A DNA stretch of 63,365 bases, filler included, from Octopus bimaculoides (Eukaryota): the NCBI RefSeq assembly GCF_001194135.2. It is 6 parts of 6 records of this genome, joined end to end, with 100 filler letters (N's around TTAATTAATTAA, not from the genome) between each part and the next. Parts side by side here need not be neighbours in the genome. Positions count along the whole stretch, not along the records: positions 32,361 to 57,915 come from NC_069000.1; positions 58,016 to 59,517 come from NW_026364730.1; positions 59,618 to 61,701 come from NC_068986.1; positions 61,802 to 63,365 come from NC_068991.1; 2 more parts are not named here. The stretch is one strand, 5' to 3'. The stretch's first letter is position 1; every line of letters starts with the position of its first letter. The notes under the pieces were generated by a model. That model saw nothing but the letters and a program-made list of their open reading frames with translations, had not been told where the DNA came from and ran no database searches. The translations under genes and the position numbers were made by a program. Of this stretch, positions 52,389 through 63,365 are shown in pieces.

Positions 52389-55039
52389 TCATATTTAATG
52401 TGCGTGTACGTGTGTAGAAAGCCAATTTTTACGAGCGATTGAGTGATACACGCATATCAATAAGCATACATGTATATGATTGAACCGTCTTCCGTACTTT
52501 TAATCATGAGAACGAACGATGCTCTAAAGCAGAAATCTCGGTGTAAAAGACTTTACCGCTTCTTTTCTTAATGGCACCTCTAGCGTAGCATTTTGGGGTT
52601 GACAGCCGACAGACGAGACCATCTGTTTGTGAACTGTCAAAATAAACTAGCTTCACCCGTGGTTTTGCAAATGTTGCGTGACTGACAAACGTAATAGAGC
52701 AGAGGGTTTGCCAGATTCTTTCAGGAAAGCGAATATTAGGGTACATGTGTTTTTGAAGTTCGTCAGTGTGTAGGTTTTTATCTGTTGCTTTAAATAAAAT
52801 TTGTATCTTGTACGAGAGTGTATGATGCGAACCTCGTGTACATACATATGTAGGAATGTTGTAAGGTGTGCAAGAACATATGTGTATGAATACGTATTTA
52901 GAAGAATGAAGATAAAGAACAGGAAATATACAAATTACGGTACAGAGGTAATCGAGTTTTCATTTAAAAATAAATACACTTTGCGCACCCACATATGTTA
53001 CTCATACCTGAAATAACCGCAACATATAAAATATATACGGGAATAGAAATAGTATATTGCGAGAATAATATCGCTCTGAAGGACATTCATATTTGCATGA
53101 GTTAAATAAACCACGTATGTCAGGCATTTCCGTAGACTCTACTGGATTTTCTTGCTACTTGTTTTACTATTTTACTAGTTTTCGTCATTAGTCCATGGTC
53201 ATACTGGACGGTATCTTGACCAGCAAAAATTAGCAACGAAATCCCCTTGAAATCATAGTCTTGAAATGGGAGAAATATATTAAATTTGATAGTCCTAGAT
53301 AAGCAATACCTGAGGGGAAGACGGAATGACGATGGCTGTAACGATTTTGATCGTAGGTTTAAACCATCAGAACTGTCTGAGTCTAGACAATAACTGCTAT
53401 TGCCACGGCAGTTGATTTTCTGTTGCTGCAACACAAATTACTGGAATATATAGGAGGAATACTACACGTCCTAGCCAGACACTGTGTAGACTTCTCTGTA
53501 ATCCATTGAAATAGGCAAATAATGTAGTGTGTTTTAGTACAGATTAGCTGTTATTTTTTTTGTTGTTGTTTAGCCTCGGACTAGACCTGATAGGACCTAT
53601 TATGAAAAGTGTTCCAGCGTTTATCATCGCGTCCCTCTTCCTTCCACTCCACTCATTGTCTCTCACTTCCTCTCTATCGTCCTCGAACGTCTTATTCCAG
53701 GAAAAAAGTTCATCCATAAGTAGTCTGGAGCATCGCATAAGTTTCTTATTTCTTTATTGCCCACAAGGGGCTAAACATAGAGGGGACAAACAAGGAAAGA
53801 TAAAAGGATTAAGTCGATTACATCAACCCCAGTGCGTAACTGGTACTTAATTTATCAACCCAGAAAGGCTGAAAGGCAAAGTCGACCTCGGCGGAATTTG
53901 AACTCAGAACGTAGTGGCCGACGAAATACCTATTTCTTTACTGCCCACAAGGGGCTACACACAGAGGGGACAAACAAGGACAGACAAACGGATTAAGTCG
54001 ATTATATCGACCCCAGTGCGTAACTGGTACTTAATTTATCNNNNNNNNNNNNNNNNNNNNNNNNNNNNNNNNNNNNNNNNNNNNNNNNNNNNNNNNNNNN
54101 NNNNNNNNNNNNNNNNNNNNNNNNNNNNNNNNNNNNNNNNNNNNNNNNNNNNNNNNNNNNNNNNNNNNNNNNNNNNNNNNNNNNNNNNNNNNNNNNNNNN
54201 NNNNNNNNNNNNNNNNNNNNNNNNNNNNNNNNNNNNNNNNNNNNNNNNNNNNNNNNNNNNNNNNNNNNNNNNNNNNNNNNNNNNNNNNNNNNNNNNNNNN
54301 NNNNNNNNNNNNNNNNNNNNNNNNNNNNNNNNNNNNNNNNNNNNNNNNNNNNNNNNNNNNNNNNNNNNNNNNNNNNNNNNNNNNNNNNNNNNNNNNNNNN
54401 NNNNNNNNNNNNNNNNNNNNNNNNNNNNNNNNNNNNNNNNNNNNNNNNNNNNNNNNNNNNNNNNNNNNNNNNNNNNNNNNNNNNNNNNNNNNNNNNNNNN
54501 NNNNNNNNNNNNNNNNNNNNNNNNNNNNNNNNNNNNNNNNNNNNNNNNNNNNNNNNNNNNNNNNNNNNNNNNNNNNNNNNNNNNNNNNNNNNNNNNNNNN
54601 NNNNNNNNNNNNNNNNNNNNNNNNNNNNNNNNNNNNNNNNNNNNNNNNNNNNNNNNNNNNNNNNNNNNNNNNNNNNNNNNNNNNNNNNNNNNNNNNNNNN
54701 NNNNNNNNNNNNNNNNNNNNNNNNNNNNNNNNNNNNNNNNNNNNNNNNNNNNNNNNNNNNNNNNNNNNNNNNNNNNNNNNNNNNNNNNNNNNNNNNNNNN
54801 NNNNNNNNNNNNNNNNCTCAATCAGATTCTTGCATTTTATTTAACGGTAATCTGTCAAAAGGTTACATTGCTATGGAGTTTTAGAGGAGAGATAAGAGGG
54901 AACAAAAGCGGGAGGGGGGGGGGTAAATAGCGGTAGGATAGGAGGGAGCGAAGGGACATAGGGGAGGAGGCGGAAAAGGAGATGATGGGGATGGTCATGA
55001 TGATGATGACGATGATGGTAATGGTAGTGGTCGTCGTCG

Positions 55040-55272
55040 TCGTCGTCGTGGCGGTGGTGATGATGATGAGGAGGAGGTGGAGGAAGAGGAGGAAGGAAGA
55101 CCTAAGGAAGAGGGGAGGAGGAGGAAGAAGAGAAAGGAAGACGCGAAGGAGGAGGGAAGGAAGAAGGAAAGAAGAAGAATGAGAAAAAGAAGAAGAAGAA
55201 GATAAAATAATAATAATAATAATAATAATAAGAAGAAGAAGAAGAAGAAAATATAAGAAAAAGAAGATGAAA

Positions 55273-55338
<66 letters not shown>

Positions 55339-55465
55339 AAGAAGAAGAAAAAGAAGAAAAAGAAGAAAAAAAAGAAGAAAAAGAAGAAGAAAAAGAAAAA
55401 GAAGAAAAAGAAGAAGAAGAAGAAGAAGAAGAAGAAGAAGAAGAAGAAGAAGAAGAAGAAGAAGG
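55040..55465 (+). repeat. Purine-rich (AGG)/(AAG)/(AAT) compound microsatellite
   Basis: Visible arrays. Similar compound tracts lie at 35421-35500, 35640-35740, 43545-43618 and 49283-49700, and (CA)n/(TA)n tracts border most N gaps. Confidence 0.95.
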
Positions 55466-55562
55466 GTAAAAATTGATATTAATTAGATTAATATCAATTT
55501 AAAACAGTGATCTAGCATATTGAAAAAAATCTGAAGATTCAGAAAATTATATTACATACATA

Positions 55563-56089
55563 TAAGAGGAATTAACACTAAGTGGATTCCTAATATGCTA
55601 AAGGTAGACCCCTATATGGTCTGACCACTAAGAAAAATTGTTCTCAAGAAAATTCGGCAAACGCCAGAACGTAAAGCGAGCAAGACAAATGAAAAGATAC
55701 AAAATATAATGATTGGGTCACATACCATGATTTCATTGTTACCGTTTACATTACGTAAATGACTGCAAATCGTCAGTGTGACCATTATGGAAAATATAAT
55801 ATGCAGAACTATACACGAGACGTCCTCCCGAAAGAGAACAAGCATACAGTTCTATCAATTATATGTGGGGGTATATTTCAAATGTCTTCCTTTTGGCGTG
55901 CCGAAGCCGGAAATGACTCTGCAGAAAATAATTTTCTGCATCGAAGCTTGCCGATTAGAGAACATGGTCTTGCTCGCGTTATTTTCTGGTGTTTGCCGAA
56001 TTTTCTTGAGAACAATTTTTCTTAGTGGTCAGACCATATGGAGTCTACATTTAGCATATTAGGAATCCACCTGGTGGTCATTCCTCTTA
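55563..56089. mobile_element. Non-autonomous DNA element with ~124-bp terminal inverted repeats
   Basis: 55563-55686 versus 55967-56089 shows about 11 mismatches by eye; TA-flanked. Confidence 0.8.
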
Positions 56090-56456
56090 GGGTGCGAGAG
56101 AAATTGAGACAATGGTGATAAACGGAGTGAAATTCAAGCAAAAAATGTTGGAAAATATCAGGCTAAAAAACAAACAAACCCAAATGAACAAACGAACGAG
56201 AATATCTGCAAATGTGACTGCAATGTATTCAGTATAGATAAGTGACTTAAAAGATTTCTTCAATTCTTCTTTCATTTTATCAGATTCTGTTTCTCTCTCT
56301 GCATGTATATATGTATGTATGTGTCTGTGTGTGCGTGTGCGTACGTGTGTATACATACAGACATACCACGTTAACCTATCTAACTCTTTATCGCCCAACT
56401 TATCCGCCCATACATACGTGTATGTGTGTGTGCATGCACATGCATACACGTGTGCG

Positions 56457-56490
<34 letters not shown>

Positions 56491-56558
56491 TGTGTGCGGG
56501 TATAAGTATATAGGAGGATATTTATGTATATATATATATATATACATATATGAGCACA

Positions 56559-56611
<53 letters not shown>

Positions 56612-57459
56612 GTAGTTAGATATATAGACACAGAAACATATATGTGAGTATATTACACACACATGCACACATGCATACATGTAATCGTCCACCTAACTTC
56701 CATTTATTCTTTATCTTTTACATCATTTACGTAAATACATTAACATATTTAATATAAAACAATTGCAATTGTTCTCATTGCATTACAAACTATGATTCAT
56801 TATCATATAATATCACACACAATCTAAGCAGCATGACAACGGTAGTGTTATAATGTTATGTGTTACCGTCTTTCGGTAAAGATATAGAGTTACAGAATAA
56901 ATTAACACCATTAATATAACCTTTACCGGTCTGTCAGTATGCTAGAAAGAGCAGCAACCTTTCCCTTCTAATTACGTGTTGCCTTCATTAAAAAGGATGA
57001 AGTGACACATTGGAAGATGTGATTGGAGGTAGATGTATCTTAAAAAACAAAAGACAGATAAGCATTTCAAGTACGTGAGTTTAGTCGGCCACGATAGGAT
57101 GAAAAGCAACGTTGCCATCGACAGGAATCGAACTCAGCGTACAGAGAGCATAACAAGCACGACAAATCATTTTGTCCAACACTCTAATGATGCTGCCATG
57201 TTGTTTAACCATAAGTCATTTCTGATCAATGAGACCAATCATAAAATAACGTCGTAGGAATGCTTATCCATTTTTTTTGGTTTAAGTGTTAAAGAATAAA
57301 ATGGCGGTATCGTTAGAGTGTTGAACAAAATGCTGTGTAGTGTTTACTCTGCTTTCTGCACGCTGTGTTCAAATCTTGCCGATGGCAACATTGCTTTTCA
57401 TCGTTTTGCGGCTGATTGAACGCAAGTACTGGTCCACAGTGGTAAAAAAAAGGTAAAGA

Positions 57460-57680
57460 TACCGTCTCGAGTCATACCGACTCATAAATGGCTGGATTCC
57501 CGCTTTCATGGCGTATATATCCCCCACCGGATTGCTCATTGTTGCTAACTGAGTAGATTGGAGCAACGTGAAATGAAATGTTTTGTTCAAGAACAAAGCG
57601 TCACCCGATCCAGGAATCGAAACCACAATCATACGATCATGAGTCCAACATCCTAACCTCTAAGTCACGCGCCTCCACAG
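57460..57680 (-). mobile_element. tRNA-derived SINE (family E)
   Basis: The minus strand reads GGAGGCGCGTGACTTAGAGGTTAGG...GGTTTCGATTCC. A related copy lies at about 34520-34800 (+). Confidence 0.65.
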
Positions 57681-60678
57681 TCTAAGGTGCTGGATGGGAT
57701 CCGCTGAATTGATGGAGCATCGGACAAGACATCTACTGCTGTTTGTTCTGGTTCTTTGCGTTCTTTGTTCTTGTATAGTTGATTTAATCTGCTGCCTGCT
57801 CTAAAGCCACCAGCTAGATTTGATTGTTCTCACCGGAATTTATCCTGTTGCCAACATTCAAGTTGTTTGAGGATAACTTCCGCCCTTCGTACCCCCAGTT
57901 TTGATGTTCTGGGGGNNNNNNNNNNNNNNNNNNNNNNNNNNNNNNNNNNNNNNNNNNNNTTAATTAATTAANNNNNNNNNNNNNNNNNNNNNNNNNNNNN
58001 NNNNNNNNNNNNNNNAGAAGCTCCTGTGGTTCGTAGCTTTCATTCTTCGAATGAAGTGAGAGAATATTCGCAAGTATATTTTGCCGCTAATGACAACTGT
58101 TTCGTCAACGCTTAAAGCAATGCTTAGTGTCTTTATTTGCTTCAATGATATAATTTTCTTGCGGTTCTTTGTCTTTGGTTTTTTTGGGGGTTTTTTACTT
58201 TGGTTTTTTTTATGAGAAAAGTGGGTGTTATCGGAAAATGCTGTTCATATTTTGGTTAGGAAATCAATTCCAGCGTTACAGCAACACTCATATAAAATCG
58301 ACCCCATCACTTATTTTTTTAAGCCTAGTGCTTATTCCATCTATCTCTTTTTGGCTGAACCGCTAATCTACGGAAACATAACCAAACCAATACCGGTTGT
58401 CAGTGATGCGGAGACAAATGCAAAGATTTATTGACGCCGAAGAAATGAAAAGCAATTTTGACATTTGTGGAATTTGAACTCAGAACGTAAAATATCGGAA
58501 GAAATACTGGAAAACATTTTTCCCCAAGTCTCTATCAGTTCTGCCCTTATTTCATCAAATTTAAGCACAAGACAATAATTTTGAAAGGAATGGTTGTCTC
58601 AGTGTTTGACGAGTGATTGATTTTTCGACCCCGAAAGACTAAGTTGACTTCGGTGGGATTTGAACTCAGAGCGTAAAGAACTGGAAAAATATTGGTTTCA
58701 AATATTGGCAGAATGCCAACACTTTCGGGGTAGAAGGTAAATGGATTACATGCGTGTGTGTTTATGTGTATATGTATTCATGTGTGTGCGTGTGTGTTTG
58801 TCCTCTCTTCCACCCCACGCTATAGCATGACAACCGATGCTGGTGTGTTTATATCCCCGTAACTTAGTGGTTCGACAAAAGAGCCCGATTTGATAAGTAT
58901 TAGGTTTACAAAGAATAAGTCCTGGGGTTGAGATATTCGACTAAAATTCACTTTAAGACGGTACTGCAACATGACCGCAGTCAAATGATTGAAACAAATA
59001 AAAGAATAAAAGAAAATAATATGTATAAATACATATATATATCAAAACAAAATAAAACAAAACCCTTCCAACGGATGATAACTTGATCCTCCACAACGAA
59101 GATTTGGTTCCTCCACCACCCACCTGCCGACTTCCATGATAAGAAACTGGAGGAAAACAATGTAAACTATGTAATACAATAATTAAATAAATGAAAGAAT
59201 AGATAAATATACAAATAAATAAATATACAAATAAATAAACACTCGACAAGAAAAGTATATAAACGTCAAGCTCTTCTAGAAAACAGTGTTATATTCACCG
59301 GGCTTCATCTACCTACGGATTGATGGCTGCGGCGTCGCCATTAAATATTGAAACAGGTTAATTGTTCTGAGGAAAGGCTGCGATTTCACAATGGAAAATG
59401 GAAAAGTACACGAGCGTATGCGTGCATCGTTTACTGAGACCAAAATACGATTACATTTATAGTAATAATAGACACACGTACAAATATAGGTATATATATA
59501 TATATATATATATATATNNNNNNNNNNNNNNNNNNNNNNNNNNNNNNNNNNNNNNNNNNNNTTAATTAATTAANNNNNNNNNNNNNNNNNNNNNNNNNNN
59601 NNNNNNNNNNNNNNNNNAGGAAAGAAAAAATTATTAAGAATAAAAGGTTAAACTTTATATATATATACAAAGTTTTGATTTAAAAAAAAACTTTAACGAT
59701 ATTATAAACTATAAAGATTAATAATTAATCAAATAATATTAATCAAAAATAATCGAAAATATATCAACACTATTCCAATCGAAGTTCTAATATTATGTTG
59801 AAATGAAACTATAACTTCTAAATAATTTAGTGTTAAATAAGTTATCTATTAAAATAATCTATAAAGAACCAAATGAATAGTATAAAAACAAGAATACATA
59901 TTATTTTCAAATAGTAGAAAATCTTTAGCAAAGTGAAAACAGTACTTATCCAAATTTTTCCGTAATATATAGATATAATCTATCAAATTATTACCATGTA
60001 GGGTTTCATCACGAAGGAAACTATCTTGATGAGGGAGGAGCATTATGTTTTTGAATATGGAATACTTAAAACACCATTTATACACTTAATGTACCCCTGA
60101 AACAGCCGTAGATGATATCTTTTAACCCCGAGCTTGAATATTTATCTTATGTAATAATATTTTACCAAATTTATTTAACTCTGAATTTTAAAATTTTGAA
60201 CTTTCATCCGATAACTCATATAAACATCAAATTCTTAATCGATTGGAACCCAGCGTATATATATATAATGCATAGCTATCACATACAACATTTACATGTA
60301 ATTTTATTCACTTATTTATATAAATTGATATGTATATTTATTTCGTTGTATGCTTTAATTTATGCTTTGGAATTTGTATCGATTGCCTAGATGTGTTCCT
60401 TCTATAATTTCTCTTATCTTTCACTTTAGCTCACAATGGGCATTTCTTAATATAGCCCATATGTTGTGAAGTATACTTAAAAACATACTTTATGAGAAAA
60501 TTTGATTATATATATATATTATATATATTTTATATATATAATTATAACAAGGGCAACTACTGAGTAGCACCACATGCTAGAAGAAGACGCCAAATGGCTC
60601 TAAAATGACTTTATTTATCACATAGACACGAGCTGAAAGCAAGGGAGATCCTATATAGATTTTATCCTTGATTATAAT

Positions 60679-60730
<52 letters not shown>

Positions 60731-61899
60731 TGCATATATATATGTACTTTTATCCTTTTATTCAATTCACCCATTGGAATGTGGTCGTGCCGGAGTGATG
60801 CATTCACAGATTTTAGTCGATTATATCAATACTAGCATATTACCTGGTACTTATTTAGCAAACTCGAAAAAAAAAGAAAGAAGACAAAAAGGAAAAGGAA
60901 AAAATTAATTGATCATAAATATCGCAATTTTTTTTATCACTCGATTTTCCGATTTTCCTTTTTCCTATCAACACACACACACACACGTAAACATAGCCAT
61001 GCATGAACACACCCGCCACCCCACACATACGTGCGTGCATATATGTATCCATCTATCCATCTTCTCCGTCTACTATTTCGCCATCAAAACAAAGAACATT
61101 ATTTTTCTCAGCTAATCGTGTTAAATCAAATATGAAATTTTAAAAATTTCTTGAAATTATCTCCCTTTCTCATTCAGAACATCTAACAGTGGCCGTCAGG
61201 TTTTCCATTTACCTTCTCTATTTGCTAAGGCGAGTATAATAAATCAAGAATTTATAGTGTAAGGCTTCCAGTACATCGATCCATCGACCTTGTTATTCAA
61301 ATTCATGCAGCTGTCTCCTTTGAATTACCTTCGGTTAACTCCTTCGGATTTTAATTATGCAAATTACACATGACAAAAATTGCACTGTAAGGAGAATGCT
61401 ATGTAGATGAGGCCAAATTCAGACAGAAACACGCGTCCATAGAAACACGTGCCCATAGCTCTATGAAACCTAACCATGTTGACTCAGCTGTAGATGTCTC
61501 TAAATATCTCGAATTTGTCTCACCTTTTCAGACAAGGCTGCTTTTCATTGCTGTTTGGCTTCTGTTTACCTTCTCCCTCTTTGAACGAATTTCTAATAGA
61601 TTAAGAAATTATAAAGTACGGCATTCAACAAAATATGATTCTACTCCATATAACGCCATTCACTTAGCTAAAAGTTCTAACGTTATAAAACGTCCAATAT
61701 ANNNNNNNNNNNNNNNNNNNNNNNNNNNNNNNNNNNNNNNNNNNNTTAATTAATTAANNNNNNNNNNNNNNNNNNNNNNNNNNNNNNNNNNNNNNNNNNN
61801 NACACGTTCTGTTATCACACACACACTCGCAGACTTTCGCACACGCACAGATATTCATCTCCCTTTTTTATTCTCCTGTCTTAGAAAGAACTTTTCCCC

Positions 61900-62100
61900 C
61901 ACCACCTCCTCTTCCGGTCTTTTCATAATGTAACCTCGTGGGCATCGGTACCATTTTCCTCTTTCTCCGTTCTTCCATTCTCCGAACTTTCCATCTTTCC
62001 GACGAAGGGCTACGCCCGAAACGTCATACACTCTCTCTTTCCTTTCCTGAGCGTCCAATAATACTATCCATATCACGTCCTCACTTTGTTGTTTTTTGTT
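61900..62100 (+). mobile_element. PLE-type terminal repeat with a hammerhead-like motif (61995-62030)
   Basis: CCGACGA-A-GGGC(UAC)GCCC-GAAACGUC. The upstream CTTCCGGTC-TTTCAT-ATG and downstream CCTGAGCGTC-AATAATAC motifs are shared with the 45060-45278 family. Confidence 0.5.
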
Positions 62101-63018
62101 TTTTTGTTATTGTTTTTTTTAACTATATATATATATATATATATATTTATATACATATAGATAGATAGATAGATAGATATACATATAAACAAACACACAT
62201 ATATGCTTACATACATACATACATACATACATTCATACATACATGCATACATACAAACATCCACACAATGAGCTTCTTTCAGTTTCCATCTACCAAATCC
62301 ACTCGCAGGGCAGCCCAAGACTAGAGTAGGAGACACATGCCCAAGGTGTCACGCTGTAGGGTTGAACACAAGAACACTTGGTTGAGAAACAAACTTCTTA
62401 CTACACAGCCACAACTGCGCTTAATTAAAAATATATACAGCCAATGATGGAATGTGTGTATGTGTATAATGTGTTTTTAAGTGTAGGTATGTTTTAATAC
62501 ACCTGTCTTCTTGATAAAAAGTATGTCTTCTATATGTTGATTGCTCAAGCAAATAAATTGTTGAAATTCTTTTTTATATTGGTCTACATAGAGATAAATA
62601 CCAAATCAACAAACATGTATACATAGTACTTTACACATGAACATACTCACAGACACCACACAATCACACTAATACAAGCATACACACAGACACACATTGA
62701 TGCATACACACACATAGCAATACACATATATGTACATATATATGTTTTTAAATTGTCAGACTCATTTGTTATTCAGAACATTGCTCCCTCAGAAGTGTAC
62801 ATACAAATTATGAGGTAAAATCCTCTGGGACTGGAATGGTTGTCGGCTGAGATTAAAGAGAATCCATTAACCTATAATACTTCTAGTTCAGAATTTTTTG
62901 TCCTCTAAGTGGGTTGTCTCCATGACAGCTTACAGGGTATATGTCTTATACATACATTTATACATATATACATACATACATACATACATACATATGTATA
63001 TGTTTATATATTTATATT

Positions 63019-63365
63019 TCATCATCATCATCATCATCGTTTAACGTCCGCTTTCCATGCTAGCATGGGTTTGACGATTTGACTGAGGACTGGTGAAACC
63101 GGATGGCAACACCAGGCTCCAATCCAATTTGGCAGAGTTTCTACAGCTGGATGCCCTTCCTAACGCCAACCACTCAGAGAGTGTAGTGGGTGCTTTTACG
63201 TGTCACCCGCACAAAGGCCAGTCAGGCAGTACTGGCAACGGCCACGCTCAAAATGGTGTATTTTATGTGCCATCCGCACAAGAGCCAGTCCAGGGGCACT
63301 GGCAACGATCTCGCTCGAAAATCCTACGAAGGCCAGTCAGGCGGTACTGGCAACGGCCACGCTCA
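63019..63365 (-). mobile_element. Family C retroposon with internal tandem hairpin units, running off the window end
   Basis: (GAT)n tail, GGATGCCCTTCCTAACGCCAACC, and repeated GCCAGT-n8-ACTGGC units. Confidence 0.8.

Noticed and set aside
51981-52442. 153-aa ORF
   Set aside because: Starts and ends in microsatellites and has no homology; the repeat in it is a DNA-level duplication.
61523-61591. Possible 69-nt minus-strand exon; also a 38-nt plus-strand candidate near 62777-62814
   Set aside because: Splice-like signals only; no recognisable peptide.

Overview
AT-rich, microsatellite-rich eukaryotic DNA. The SINE, LINE and MITE families present look like those of an Octopus genome (inferred from recalled repeat consensi). 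The window is a gapped draft assembly: five 100-nt pads (N44-TTAATTAATTAA-N44) join separate contigs, so contiguity across 20731, 32305, 57960, 59562 and 61746 is unproven. The only confidently recognised host gene is the 5' half of a lysosomal di-N-acetylchitobiase (CTBS, GH18) on the minus strand (exon 1 30476-30607, exon 2 22834-22978), with a CLEAR-type TCACGTGA upstream. The rest is mostly transposon-derived: tRNA-headed SINE families, R4/Dong and RTE LINE remnants, a mariner remnant, piggyBac-type and other MITEs, and Penelope-like element (PLE) ends. Nearly all supplied ORFs are spurious. The most interesting signal is a module made of a tRNA-like Pol III promoter, an (AAT)n spacer and a minimal type I hammerhead ribozyme. 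It sits directly 3' of a PLE ORF end (32362-32738) and also as a free, SINE-like insertion (24175-24430). Two related minimal hammerhead-like families also occur (10874-10905, 45151-45186, 61995-62030).
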